Position numbers and translations under genes: made by a program. A DNA stretch of 64,000 nucleotides from Rikenellaceae bacterium (lineage in GTDB: Bacteria > Bacteroidota > Bacteroidia > Bacteroidales > Rikenellaceae). Of the stretch, positions 9,596-18,240 are shown one piece after another. The number at the start of each line of letters is the position of its first letter. Within the stretch, counting starts at the first letter, position 1. The notes beneath the pieces were generated by a model, which worked only from the letters and a program-made list of their open reading frames with translations, searched no databases and was not told the origin of the DNA. Where the stretch lies: contig JAVBKU010000005.1 of assembly GCA_031553875.1 (NCBI GenBank), positions 43,547-107,546 on the forward strand, written 5' to 3'.

Positions 9596-10390
9596 ATGAA
9601 AAAGATCCTTTTAATGTTGGTCGCCACGGGCGTGATCGCCTTCGGCACTGCGAATGTCCTGGCACAGGACACCGACACCACTTCCGCCCCGCAGACGGAA
9701 CTAACCGATGAAGCGGCCCAGGCTCAGGCCCTTATGGCCGAGACAGGCGTCGAAGGAGAGCCCATCCACCAGGTACTTAAACAGAAATTCCTCGAGGGCG
9801 GCGCCGCATGGATGGCCCCCATACTATTGTGCCTCGTGCTTGGACTCGCGATCGCCATCGAGCGTATCATCTACCTCAACCTCGCTTCTACCAACTCCAA
9901 GAAGCTTATCTCTAACGTCTCCGAAGCCCTCAACACCAAGGGGGTAGACGAGGCCAAGGAACTGTGCCGCAATACCCGCGGCCCCGTGGCCAGCATCTTC
10001 TACCAGGGGCTCGACCGCTACAAGGAGGGTATCGACGTGGTGGAGAAATCCATCGTGTCGTACGGCTCGGTGCAATCCGGGTATATGGAGTCGGGGCTGT
10101 CGTGGATCTCGCTGTTCATCTCCCTTTCGCCGATGTTGGGGTTCATGGGTACGGTTGTGGGTATGGTCGACGCCTTCGACGCCATACAGGCGGCGGGCGA
10201 CATCTCCCCGTCACTGGTGGCCGGCGGTATCAAGGTGGCCCTGCTGACCACCCTGATGGGTTTGATCTCGGCGGTGATCCTGCAGCTCTTCTATAACTAT
10301 ATCCTGGCCAAGATCGACGACCTGGTGATAGACATGGAGGACTCCTCCATCACCCTCGTGGATATGCTCACCAAGTACGGTAAGAAGTAA
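9596..10390 (+). CDS. exbB: MotA/TolQ/ExbB proton-channel family protein
   Basis: 264 aa with a signal/TM N-terminus. C-terminal TolQ/ExbB signature is SPMLGFMGTVVGMVDAF ... GGIKVALLTTLMGL. Confidence 0.85.
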   Translation: MKKILLMLVATGVIAFGTANVLAQDTDTTSAPQTELTDEAAQAQALMAETGVEGEPIHQVLKQKFLEGGAAWMAPILLCLVLGLAIAIERIIYLNLASTNSKKLISNVSEALNTKGVDEAKELCRNTRGPVASIFYQGLDRYKEGIDVVEKSIVSYGSVQSGYMESGLSWISLFISLSPMLGFMGTVVGMVDAFDAIQAAGDISPSLVAGGIKVALLTTLMGLISAVILQLFYNYILAKIDDLVIDMEDSSITLVDMLTKYGKK

Positions 10391-10471
10391 GGAAACACGC
10401 TCCGGAGCGGCCTTCTGCGCTGCGAAAGGATATGTTTCCAAGGTCTGATCGACTCTTAAAAACCCGTAAAG

Positions 10472-10873
10472 ATGAAAGAGCTTAAAATCGTAAAATACGT
10501 CCTGATGGGAATATCGGTACTGACGGTCCTCGTGTTTTTCGTGGGCCTGACCGATGTCGACCTGATGCTGAGATGGGCCTATATCCTCATCGGGGCCGCC
10601 GCGCTGTGCGCGATAGTTTTCCCAGTGATAAACATGATCCGAAACCCCAAAGGAGCCAAGAACACGCTTATAGGCCTGGGCTTGGTGATATTGGTATTGG
10701 GCGTCTCATTAGCCCTGTCGAGCACCACTCCGGTGACCGACTCGGCAGGCGGGGTATTCAACGACCCGCTCGTGCTGCGACTTAGCGACACGGGCATCTA
10801 CGCAACATATTTCGCCCTGGCGGCAGCTATTCTGGTGGCCGTGGTGGGCGAGGTAAGCAAAATTTTCAAGTAG
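10472..10873 (+). CDS. small multi-pass membrane protein of unknown function, between exbB and exbD
   Basis: 133 aa with four hydrophobic segments. It is on the same strand and tightly spaced within the exbB-exbD cluster. I recognise no motif. Confidence 0.6.
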   Translation: MKELKIVKYVLMGISVLTVLVFFVGLTDVDLMLRWAYILIGAAALCAIVFPVINMIRNPKGAKNTLIGLGLVILVLGVSLALSSTTPVTDSAGGVFNDPLVLRLSDTGIYATYFALAAAILVAVVGEVSKIFK

Positions 10874-10909
10874 CCGCAGGCTTTTCCGGGCAACGTAATT
10901 ATATAAACC

Positions 10910-11497
10910 ATGGGCTTAAAAAGGAGGGACATACCTGAAATCAACGCGGGATCGATGGCCGACATCGCCTTCCTGTTACTGATATTCTTCCTTGTGGCCA
11001 CCACTATGAACGTGGACACGGGTATCCAGAGGGTGCTGCCTCCGATGCCTGACGAGAAGACCAAGGAGTCGATCGTCGACGTCAAAAAACGTAACATCCT
11101 GCTTGTGTATGTCAGCAAGTTCGACGAGGTGATGGTGGGCGGCCGCAGGGTCGAGCTCCAAGATATAACCCCTCTGACCAAGGAGTTCATCACCAATCCC
11201 CTGGGCAAGTCCGACCTCCCGGAGAAGGTCATGACCGATATCAATATCATTGGTAATTTCCCGGTGAGCCAGGGAGTTGTGTCGCTGCAGAACGACCGCG
11301 GCACGAGTTATGACATGTATATAAAGGTACAGAACGAACTTACCAGGGCCTTCACAGAATACCGCAACGAGGTGTCGCGCCTGAAATTCGGCAAGAAATA
11401 CGACGACCTCGACGACGACGCCCGGGCGGCCATCCAGAAGGCCGTACCGCTCAAGATATCCGAAGCCGAACCGCGTAATATAGAGGGAGGAAAGTGA
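10910..11497 (+). CDS. exbD: ExbD/TolR biopolymer transport protein (long form)
   Basis: 195 aa. N-terminal SMADIAFLLLIFFLVATTM is the single TM segment typical of ExbD/TolR. Confidence 0.8.
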   Translation: MGLKRRDIPEINAGSMADIAFLLLIFFLVATTMNVDTGIQRVLPPMPDEKTKESIVDVKKRNILLVYVSKFDEVMVGGRRVELQDITPLTKEFITNPLGKSDLPEKVMTDINIIGNFPVSQGVVSLQNDRGTSYDMYIKVQNELTRAFTEYRNEVSRLKFGKKYDDLDDDARAAIQKAVPLKISEAEPRNIEGGK

Positions 11498-11498
11498 T

Positions 11499-11969
11499 AT
11501 GGGAACGATAAGAAAAAAGGGTGGTAAGAAGATGACGCCGATCTCCACGGCGTCCCTGCCCGACGTGATCTTTATGCTCCTGTTCTTCTTCATGATATCC
11601 ACGTCTATGAGGGAGCAGGAAGTGCTGGTCACCGTGACCCCGCCCGAAGCCACCGAAACGCAGAAACTGGAGAAAAAATCGCTCGTGAGCTACATCTACA
11701 TAGGCCAGCCCATGCCCAAACTGCGGGGTAAATTCGGCAACGCGCCGCGCATACAGCTCAACGACAGCTTCAGCACCTCGCGCGAAATAGGCCATTTCGT
11801 GGCCTCCGAACGCGACAAGCTCAGCGAGAGCGACCGCGCGCTGATGACCGTATGTATCAAGGCCGACCGCTCCACCCGCATGGGTATCATCACCGACGTG
11901 AAGCAGGAACTCCGCAAGGCCAACGCCCTGAAGGTAAGTTATCAGGCCTCGAAGGTGTTGTCTTATTAA
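11499..11969 (+). CDS. exbD: ExbD/TolR biopolymer transport protein
   Basis: 156 aa with SLPDVIFMLLFFFMISTSM as the TM segment. Its start abuts the stop of the preceding exbD. Confidence 0.8.
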   Translation: MGTIRKKGGKKMTPISTASLPDVIFMLLFFFMISTSMREQEVLVTVTPPEATETQKLEKKSLVSYIYIGQPMPKLRGKFGNAPRIQLNDSFSTSREIGHFVASERDKLSESDRALMTVCIKADRSTRMGIITDVKQELRKANALKVSYQASKVLSY

Positions 11970-12107
11970 GACTTTTCTCAAAGATTATCTCTTGACAGAT
12001 AAAAGATTTTCGCACCTTTTGAACGCACAAAAGGCGCTAACTCCTAGCGCACGGATAGAATAGGTTGTCTGTAATATGCGCGATTTTTAAAGTACCAACG
12101 GCACTTA

Positions 12108-12290
12108 CATTCGCTAACGAGGCGCAAGCCTCGTGCAAATGCCGCTTCGGGCTTCTGCCGGGAACAGGTCTCGTGAGGGAGATCACCCGAAGTTATCGTG
12201 TAACGAGGGAAGCTCCCGGAAGAGACCCCGGCAGAAGACGCGGCTAGACCTTTTGCCTACTTTTGGGGCAATGCCAAAAGTAGGAAGGCA
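12108..12290 (-). repeat. intergenic repeat family F1, copy B (subfamily B/D, with extra ACGAGGC-TTGC-GCCTCGT hairpin)
   Basis: Reverse complement aligns base-for-base with 45010-45185 and with the core of 8161-8330. Its hairpin is CCTACTTTTGG-...-CCAAAAGTAGG. Confidence 0.9.
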
Positions 12291-12356
12291 AACAAACTAC
12301 TGTAAAGTCAATATTAATCTCTTGTACCTTTTGTGCACACAAAAGGTACCCAAAAA

Positions 12357-12553
12357 GTGCCGCCTGCGGATATTCACTGACAGGGGACTTCGTACATCCT
12401 AAAACGCATAACTCCTCCTTTTTAGCGGGAACTTCGCTCCCGCTAACGAGCGTCGGACACCACGCGTTTTTTAACGGATTCCCTCGACCTCTGTCCGGGC
12501 GTGAATATCACGCAATTGGCGGAGGACAGGTGCTCGTAGAGCATCTTAAAGTT
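12357..12553 (-). repeat. intergenic repeat family F2 (imperfect palindrome), copy 1, including the variable-hairpin extension
   Basis: Reverse complement of 44746-44940. It shares GATATTCAC..CGGACAGG...TTAGCGGG..CCCGCTAA..AAGGAGGAGTT...CGTTTTAGGATGTACGAAG..CTGTCAGTGAATATCCGCAGGCGGC. Confidence 0.85.
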
Positions 12554-12604
12554 GTTGCCTGTAAGCGTAGGGCATCGCACTCCGCGATGCTCATCTCCGC
12601 GGCT

Positions 12605-12642
12605 TAAAAAATAGGCGGCCTGCGTAAATACGCAGGCCGCCT
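12605..12642 (-). terminator. rho-independent terminator of the thioredoxin-family gene
   Basis: On the minus strand, AGGCGGCCTGCG-TATTTA-CGCAGGCCGCCT is followed by ATTTTTT. Confidence 0.7.
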
Positions 12643-12659
12643 CCATTATCGAGCCCCCC

Positions 12660-13097
12660 TTATTTCTTCGCCGGGGCCAGTTCGCTCATCGTATCTTTAA
12701 CCCTTTTTATAAAGCTGTCTACATTCCCGCCGCCTGTAAACCGGGCCAGCTCCCTGCCCTTTGAGTCAAGGATCAGAAATGTGGGATAGGCCTTAACCCC
12801 GTAACGCGAGGCTACTGACACGCCCTCGCCCTTCTCTGCGTCAAACTTGGCATTGACGAAAGTGCTGTTGAAATAGTCGCCTGCGGCCTTCTTTGGGAAT
12901 ACCACGTTGGTCATGTACTTGCACGGCCCGCACCATGTGGCGTAAACATCCACGAAAATATAGCGGCCCTGCTCCCCTCCCTTTGCGAGTATCTCCTTGA
13001 ACTTGCCCTCTTCGAATTTCACGCCCTCGTACTGCTGGGCGACGGCTACCGACAGCGACATAACGGCGGCGGCGAACATGCAAAATAACTTTTTCAT
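12660..13097 (-). CDS. thioredoxin-family protein (periplasmic, signal peptide)
   Basis: 145 aa with an N-terminal signal peptide and the active-site motif WCGPCK. Confidence 0.85.
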   Translation of the reverse strand: MKKLFCMFAAAVMSLSVAVAQQYEGVKFEEGKFKEILAKGGEQGRYIFVDVYATWCGPCKYMTNVVFPKKAAGDYFNSTFVNAKFDAEKGEGVSVASRYGVKAYPTFLILDSKGRELARFTGGGNVDSFIKRVKDTMSELAPAKK

Positions 13098-13243
13098 ATC
13101 TATTGGTTTTTAGTTTACTACGATTCTCTTGCGAATATAACGAAAGCCGGGCGGTAAATCAAATTTATTTAAATATGCCCTAAGCTGCACCCTTACCCCC
13201 ATATAACAATTACCGTTCCATTAACAGCAACCTATAGCTGGCC

Positions 13244-14260
13244 CTACACTCCTTGGGTCGACAGCAGCCCGCAGGCGGCCTTTATATCCTCACCCCTCGA
13301 GGCGCGTATGGTGGTGATTATCCCTTTGGCTGAGAGGGCGTCGCGGAAACGCTCCATGGCGACAGTGTCCGATCCCTCGAACGGGGCGTCGGGAATGGCG
13401 TGAAAACGGATAAGGTTGACCCTGCACTTTATGCCGTTGAGCAGGCGGCACAACTCCCTGACATGGGCGGGAGAGTCGTTAATGCCTCTGAACATTATAT
13501 ATTCGAAACTGACGCGGCGCTGGTGGGTGAAGTCGTACTCCCTGAGCAGGTCGGCCACGCGGCTTATCGGGTAGGCCTTCTGCGCCGGCATCATCTCCGC
13601 CCTCTGGTCGTCGAATGGATTGTGCAGGCTTACGGCCAGGTGCACCTTGGACTCGTCCAGGAAGAGCTTCATCGCGGGGATAATACCTATTGTCGAAAGT
13701 GTGATACGCGTAGGGCTCCAAGCGTACCCCCATTCGGAGGTGAGAATTTCGAGCGAACGTATCACGTTATCGTAATTGTCGAGCGGCTCGCCCATACCCA
13801 TGTAGACGACGTTGGTGAGCTTATCCGACTCGGGAATCGACACGATCTGATTGAGTATCTCCCCGCAGGAGAGGTTGTGGGCGAAACCCTGCCGGGCGGT
13901 CATGCAGAACGTGCACCCCATCCTGCACCCCGACTGCGACGATACGCACAGCGTGGCCCTGTCGTGGTCGGGAATATATGCCGATTCTATGAACTTGCCT
14001 CCGAGGGTCGGGAACAGGTATTTCTTAGTGCCGTCCTTCGACTCGTCGACATGGGAGGAGGCTATGCGCCCGACGGTATATTTTTCGCTCAACAGCTCAC
14101 GGTTGCGGGCCGAGAGGTCGGTCATCTGCGAGATGTCGACGGCCCCCTTCTTATATAGCCACGCAGCCATCTGGCCCGCGGCGAAACGGGGCATTCCCAG
14201 CTCCGCAGCCACAGCCTTCAGCTCGTCGAGGCTCTTACCGAACAACCACTCGCGTTCCAT
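13244..14260 (-). CDS. rlmN: 23S rRNA/tRNA (adenine-C2)-methyltransferase RlmN (radical SAM)
   Basis: 338 aa with the radical-SAM cluster motif CVSSQSGCRMGCTFCMT and the conserved GMGEPL and ACGLL motifs. Confidence 0.92.
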   Translation of the reverse strand: MEREWLFGKSLDELKAVAAELGMPRFAAGQMAAWLYKKGAVDISQMTDLSARNRELLSEKYTVGRIASSHVDESKDGTKKYLFPTLGGKFIESAYIPDHDRATLCVSSQSGCRMGCTFCMTARQGFAHNLSCGEILNQIVSIPESDKLTNVVYMGMGEPLDNYDNVIRSLEILTSEWGYAWSPTRITLSTIGIIPAMKLFLDESKVHLAVSLHNPFDDQRAEMMPAQKAYPISRVADLLREYDFTHQRRVSFEYIMFRGINDSPAHVRELCRLLNGIKCRVNLIRFHAIPDAPFEGSDTVAMERFRDALSAKGIITTIRASRGEDIKAACGLLSTQGV

Positions 14261-14271
14261 CGCCGCCTTAG

Positions 14272-14571
14272 TTAATATTGCTTAACGTAAATATAGGAGT
14301 TCTCCACCTTCACGGGTATCGTCCTGGGATATACACTCTTCACCTCCACCGGAATACCGCTATAGGGATAATCCTTGAGCACTACGGGAAGATTGTTCGA
14401 CACACCCACGATCTTGACGTTTATCGACCCGTCGTAATTCACGGGAATTGCACGGTCCTGTCCGCTCTGGGCGAATACCGGGGGAATGACGTTAACCTGT
14501 TGGAGCGTGAGCACCGTAAGGCACACGGCGATCACAGAGAGTACGATCTTGGTGTAAAGATCTGTTTTCAT
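14272..14571 (-). CDS. small membrane-anchored protein of unknown function (99 aa)
   Basis: The track ORF 14272..14688 is trimmed to the internal ATG at 14571 because the upstream extension overlaps tRNA-Ala. The sequence is MKTDLYTKIVLSVIAVCLTVLTL (TM anchor), followed by repeated (I/L)PV-x-(V/L)K strands. Confidence 0.55.
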   Translation of the reverse strand: MKTDLYTKIVLSVIAVCLTVLTLQQVNVIPPVFAQSGQDRAIPVNYDGSINVKIVGVSNNLPVVLKDYPYSGIPVEVKSVYPRTIPVKVENSYIYVKQY

Positions 14572-14646
14572 AGCCACTCGGGGATTAGTTGTAACACAAA
14601 CAAGGGCCGCCCCTCGAACGAGAAACAGCCCTTTAGAAACACACTG

Positions 14647-14720
<74 letters not shown>

Positions 14721-15050
14721 ATAACAGCGACAAAGGTAGTAAAAATATTTTCTCCGTCAAGAGCTCCCTCGCGATAATCATAAAAATTCCTCCCTCCGCC
14801 ACTTACGACTCACAGGACAGGCAACCCTACACCCCTGCCCTCCGAAGAACAGGCAAAACGGCAAAATATTTGCGGTAAAACTACCTGTAATGCTGATTTT
14901 CTTTGTATATTTGTACTATATAGGATGCGGTTCGGCAATATTTTGCGCACAAGCCCGCACTATTGCCCTCACCTTTCACTATATTTGTATCAGGCAGTAA
15001 ACTAATACGCCGCCAGTGTGATATTACGCGACGGCATAAAAAGTGAAGCC

Positions 15051-15788
15051 ATGGAATACAGCGGAGTGGAATTGAAAAAATCACCTGCGGCGGACCTGCA
15101 GAGCAAGCGCGGCCTTTTTTTCGAGATCGGCCTCGTGGTTTCGTTGGCTGTGGTGATACTGGCTTTCTCCTGGAATCAGAAGGATAAGCCCGTGCAGGTG
15201 TTCACCATGCCGGTGGAGATAATCGAGACCGAGATGGTGGAGATCACCATGCAGGAGGAAGAGAAGGAGATCATCCCCGAGAAACTGGCACCTATGAAGC
15301 AGACGCTCACTGTGGTGTCCGACATCATCAACGTGGTGAAGGACGACCAGCAGGTGAAGACCACGTTCGACTTCACGCAGGATTTTGATGACGAGAGCGT
15401 GGTGGTGACCTCGATCATATCGGGTAAGGCCAGCAAGGATTACGTCCATGAGGAGGCCAGCGACGAGGGCGAGCCCTACATAATAGCCGAGGAGATGGCT
15501 AAGTTCATGGGCGGTGACCTGACTAAGTTCTATAATTGGGTGAAATCGAGGGTACAGTACCCCGTCCACGCACAGGAAGCGGGAATACAGGGTAAGGTGG
15601 TCATCTCTTTCATAGTCGACAAGACCGGCCAGGTAGGGCACATAACCATCCTCACGAGCCCCGACTCGTCGCTCTCGGAAGAGGCCATCAGGGTGGTGAA
15701 GATGTCGCCCCGCTGGGAGCCCGCAAAGAACAGGGGCGTACCCGTACGACTTAAGTTCACTTTGCCCATCGACTTCCGCATACAGTAA
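15051..15788 (+). CDS. tonB: energy transducer TonB
   Basis: Start is taken at the ATG at 15051; the track ORF begins at an upstream GTG. It has a TM anchor (GLFFEIGLVVSLAVVILAF), an acidic linker, and a TonB C-terminal domain (GIQGKVVISFIVDKTGQV ... PVRLKFTLPIDFRI). Confidence 0.85.
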   Translation: MEYSGVELKKSPAADLQSKRGLFFEIGLVVSLAVVILAFSWNQKDKPVQVFTMPVEIIETEMVEITMQEEEKEIIPEKLAPMKQTLTVVSDIINVVKDDQQVKTTFDFTQDFDDESVVVTSIISGKASKDYVHEEASDEGEPYIIAEEMAKFMGGDLTKFYNWVKSRVQYPVHAQEAGIQGKVVISFIVDKTGQVGHITILTSPDSSLSEEAIRVVKMSPRWEPAKNRGVPVRLKFTLPIDFRIQ

Positions 15789-15889
15789 CTTGCGGAGGGA
15801 GGACCACGGCGGGCGAATACTTAAACACACCTCAGGGCGGCATCCTGCATCACGGATACCGCCCGGGTTTTTGTAGATACGAATGATTT

Positions 15890-17068
15890 ATGACAGATAA
15901 GATACAAGAGAAAGCCATACTCATAGGCATCGTGCGCGACCGCGCCGACGAGGCCAAAGTGACCGAATATCTCGACGAACTGGAGTTCCTCGCCGAGACC
16001 GCCGGCGCCGTCACCCTCAAGCGTTTCACGCAGAAGCTCCCCTATCCCAACGCCCGCACCTTCATCGGCACGGGAAAGCTGGAGGAAGTGGTGGAGTATA
16101 TCAAGGAACACGAGGTCGACACGGCCATCTTCGACGACGAGCTGTCGCCCTCGCAGATGCGCAACCTCGAGAAGGAGTGCGGCTGCAAGGTGCTCGACCG
16201 CACCAACCTCATCCTCGACATCTTCGCCCAGCGGGCCACCTCGGCCTATGCCAAAACGCAGGTGGAGCTGGCCCAGTACGAATACCTCCTGCCCCGCCTC
16301 ACCGGCATGTGGACCCACCTCGAACGCCAGAAGGGCGGTATCGGGATGCGCGGCCCGGGCGAACGCGAGATCGAGACCGACCGCCGCATAATCCGCGACC
16401 GCATCAGCCGCCTCAAGGAGCAACTGCGCAAGATCGACCGCCAGATGGCCTCCCAGCGCAGCAACCGCGACTCCATGGTGCGTGTGGCCCTGGTAGGATA
16501 TACCAACGTAGGCAAGAGCACCATTATGAATATGCTCAGCAAGAGCGAGGTGTTCGCCGAGAACAAGCTCTTCGCCACGCTCGACACCACGGTACGCAAG
16601 GTGGTATTCGACAACCTGCCCTTCCTGCTCTCCGACACGGTGGGCTTTATCCGTAAACTGCCCCACCAGCTCGTGGAGTCGTTCAAGAGCACGCTGGACG
16701 AGGTGCGCGAAGCCGACCTGCTGCTGCATGTAGTGGACATATCCCACCCCTCGTTCGAGGAGCATATCGCCGTGGTGCGCGAGACCCTGCGCGAGATAGG
16801 CGCGGCCGACAAGCCCACGTTCCTTATCTTCAACAAGATCGACGCCTACTCGTTCACACCCAAAGACGAGGACGACCTCACCCCCTCTACGCGCGAGAAC
16901 CTCTCGCTCGAGGATATGATGAACGGCTGGATCGCCCGAGATAACTCGCCCTGCATATTCATCTCTGCCAAGAACAAGACCAATATCGACAAGCTCCGCC
17001 GCGACCTCTACGGCATGATCCGCGAGATACATGCCGGACGCTATCCATTCAATAATTTTCTTTATTAG
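15890..17068 (+). CDS. hflX: GTPase HflX
   Basis: 392 aa with the HflX N-domain plus the G-motifs GYTNVGKST, DTVGF and NKID. Confidence 0.92.
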   Translation: MTDKIQEKAILIGIVRDRADEAKVTEYLDELEFLAETAGAVTLKRFTQKLPYPNARTFIGTGKLEEVVEYIKEHEVDTAIFDDELSPSQMRNLEKECGCKVLDRTNLILDIFAQRATSAYAKTQVELAQYEYLLPRLTGMWTHLERQKGGIGMRGPGEREIETDRRIIRDRISRLKEQLRKIDRQMASQRSNRDSMVRVALVGYTNVGKSTIMNMLSKSEVFAENKLFATLDTTVRKVVFDNLPFLLSDTVGFIRKLPHQLVESFKSTLDEVREADLLLHVVDISHPSFEEHIAVVRETLREIGAADKPTFLIFNKIDAYSFTPKDEDDLTPSTRENLSLEDMMNGWIARDNSPCIFISAKNKTNIDKLRRDLYGMIREIHAGRYPFNNFLY

Positions 17069-17197
17069 GCAAGAGGCTAAACAGGCCCCGGAGGCCGCCC
17101 CGACAAAACCTTTATCAAACCTTAGATTTAAACGGCTGCGGCTTGTTTATTCCGGTAAAAATTTTGTACATTTATAAGACATATCAAACCCTCCGCC

Positions 17198-17863
17198 ATG
17201 GCTAAGACTTTTATGAACATATTGAGCAAGGAAAACTCCGTCCTTACACGTTTCATCAGCGAGATGCGCGACATGAACATCCAGTGCGACAGCATGCGCT
17301 TCCGCCGTAATCTCGAGCGCTGCGGCGAGGTGATGGCATATGAGATAAGCAAACGTCTGAGCTACGAACACCGCATGGTGGAGACTCCGTTAGGCGAGGC
17401 CGAAATGCAGCTTTGCAACGACCAGATAGTCATAGCCTCGATCCTTCGGGCAGGCGTGCCGTTCCATAACGGCTTTCTCAACTACTTTGACAACGCACAG
17501 AACGCTTTCGTGTCGGCATTCAGGAAATACAGCAAAGACGGGACATTCAATATCAAGGTTGAGTACGTCTCCTCTTGCGATCTGACCGACAAGACGTTGA
17601 TACTCGTCGATCCCATGATAGCCACCGGAAGCTCCGTGGAGCTCACTTACAAGGCCCTCGTGGCCAAGTCGGGTACACCGCGCCATACACACATAGCCAC
17701 GGTTATCGCCAGCGAGGAGGGCACGGCCTATATCAAGAAGAATTTCCGTCCCGACACGGCCACGCTGTGGTGCGGCGCTGTTGACGAAGAGCTTACCGTG
17801 AAATCGTTCATCGTTCCCGGCATGGGTGACGTAGGCGACCTGGCCTACGGGGATAAGCTGTAA
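17198..17863 (+). CDS. upp: uracil phosphoribosyltransferase
   Basis: 221 aa with the PRPP-binding motif LILVDPMIATGSS and the C-terminal IVPGMGDVGD. Confidence 0.9.
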   Translation: MAKTFMNILSKENSVLTRFISEMRDMNIQCDSMRFRRNLERCGEVMAYEISKRLSYEHRMVETPLGEAEMQLCNDQIVIASILRAGVPFHNGFLNYFDNAQNAFVSAFRKYSKDGTFNIKVEYVSSCDLTDKTLILVDPMIATGSSVELTYKALVAKSGTPRHTHIATVIASEEGTAYIKKNFRPDTATLWCGAVDEELTVKSFIVPGMGDVGDLAYGDKL

Positions 17864-17897
17864 AGCCGGGAGCTGACCCCCTCCGGAAATAAAAAGC

Positions 17898-17925
17898 GTG
17901 GCCGCGCGATGATTCGCGCGGCCAC
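17898..17925 (+). terminator. GC-rich hairpin downstream of upp
   Basis: GTGGCCGCGCG-ATGATT-CGCGCGGCCAC has an 11-bp stem. There is no clean U-run on the plus side, but an A-run precedes it, so it could act bidirectionally. Confidence 0.45.
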
Positions 17926-18000
17926 ATTCAATTATACCCCCGCCTAAATAGGGTCTATCTAAACTGCTGCATCGTAAAGCGATGCTTGTGCTGGACAGCA

Positions 18001-18166
18001 AAACAATCGCCGCTTCGGGCTTCTGCCGGGAATAGGTCTCGTGAGAGAGATCACCCTCTGTTATCGTGTAACGAGGGAAGCTCCCGGAAGAGACCCCGGC
18101 AGAAGACGCGGCTAGACTTTTTGCCTACTTTTAGGGCGATGCTAAAAGTAGGTCGCCGAAGGCGAA
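18001..18166 (-). repeat. intergenic repeat family F1, copy C (subfamily A/C)
   Basis: Reverse complement matches 8161-8330, including both flanks (TTTCGCCTTCGGCGACC... and ...GCGGCGATTGTTTTGC). Its hairpin is CCTACTTTTAG-...-CTAAAAGTAGG. Confidence 0.9.
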
Positions 18167-18240
18167 ATAGAAACAATAAGCAAAGTCGCTATTAATTCCC
18201 AATACTTCACGACCCCACCCAGAGCACTTACTAAAACTCA

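Noticed and set aside
12065-12402. Small ORFs inside the F1 repeats that give similar peptides (...PLRASAGNRSRE.DHP.LSCNEGSSRKRPRQKTRLD.LPTF...). They lie at 12065..12247, 12133..12402 and 17986..18195, with 8273..8503 on the other strand.
   Set aside because: The peptide similarity simply reflects near-identical DNA. The differences between copies are compensatory stem changes, not synonymous-biased substitutions. Start and stop positions are not conserved between copies.
15821-17032. Very long ORFs on the strand opposite well-supported genes. Examples: 15821..17032 opposite hflX, 32251..33441 opposite argD, 47632..48621 opposite thrA, 59489..60889 opposite the acyl-CoA ligase, 48764..49777, 50201..51241, 43464..44363, 42565..43539, 21903..22862, 41..697 and 37363..37926.
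   Set aside because: Their translations are low-complexity and rich in R/G/A/H/V, with no recognisable motifs. They mirror genes that have clear family signatures. Open antisense frames of this kind are expected in GC-rich coding DNA.
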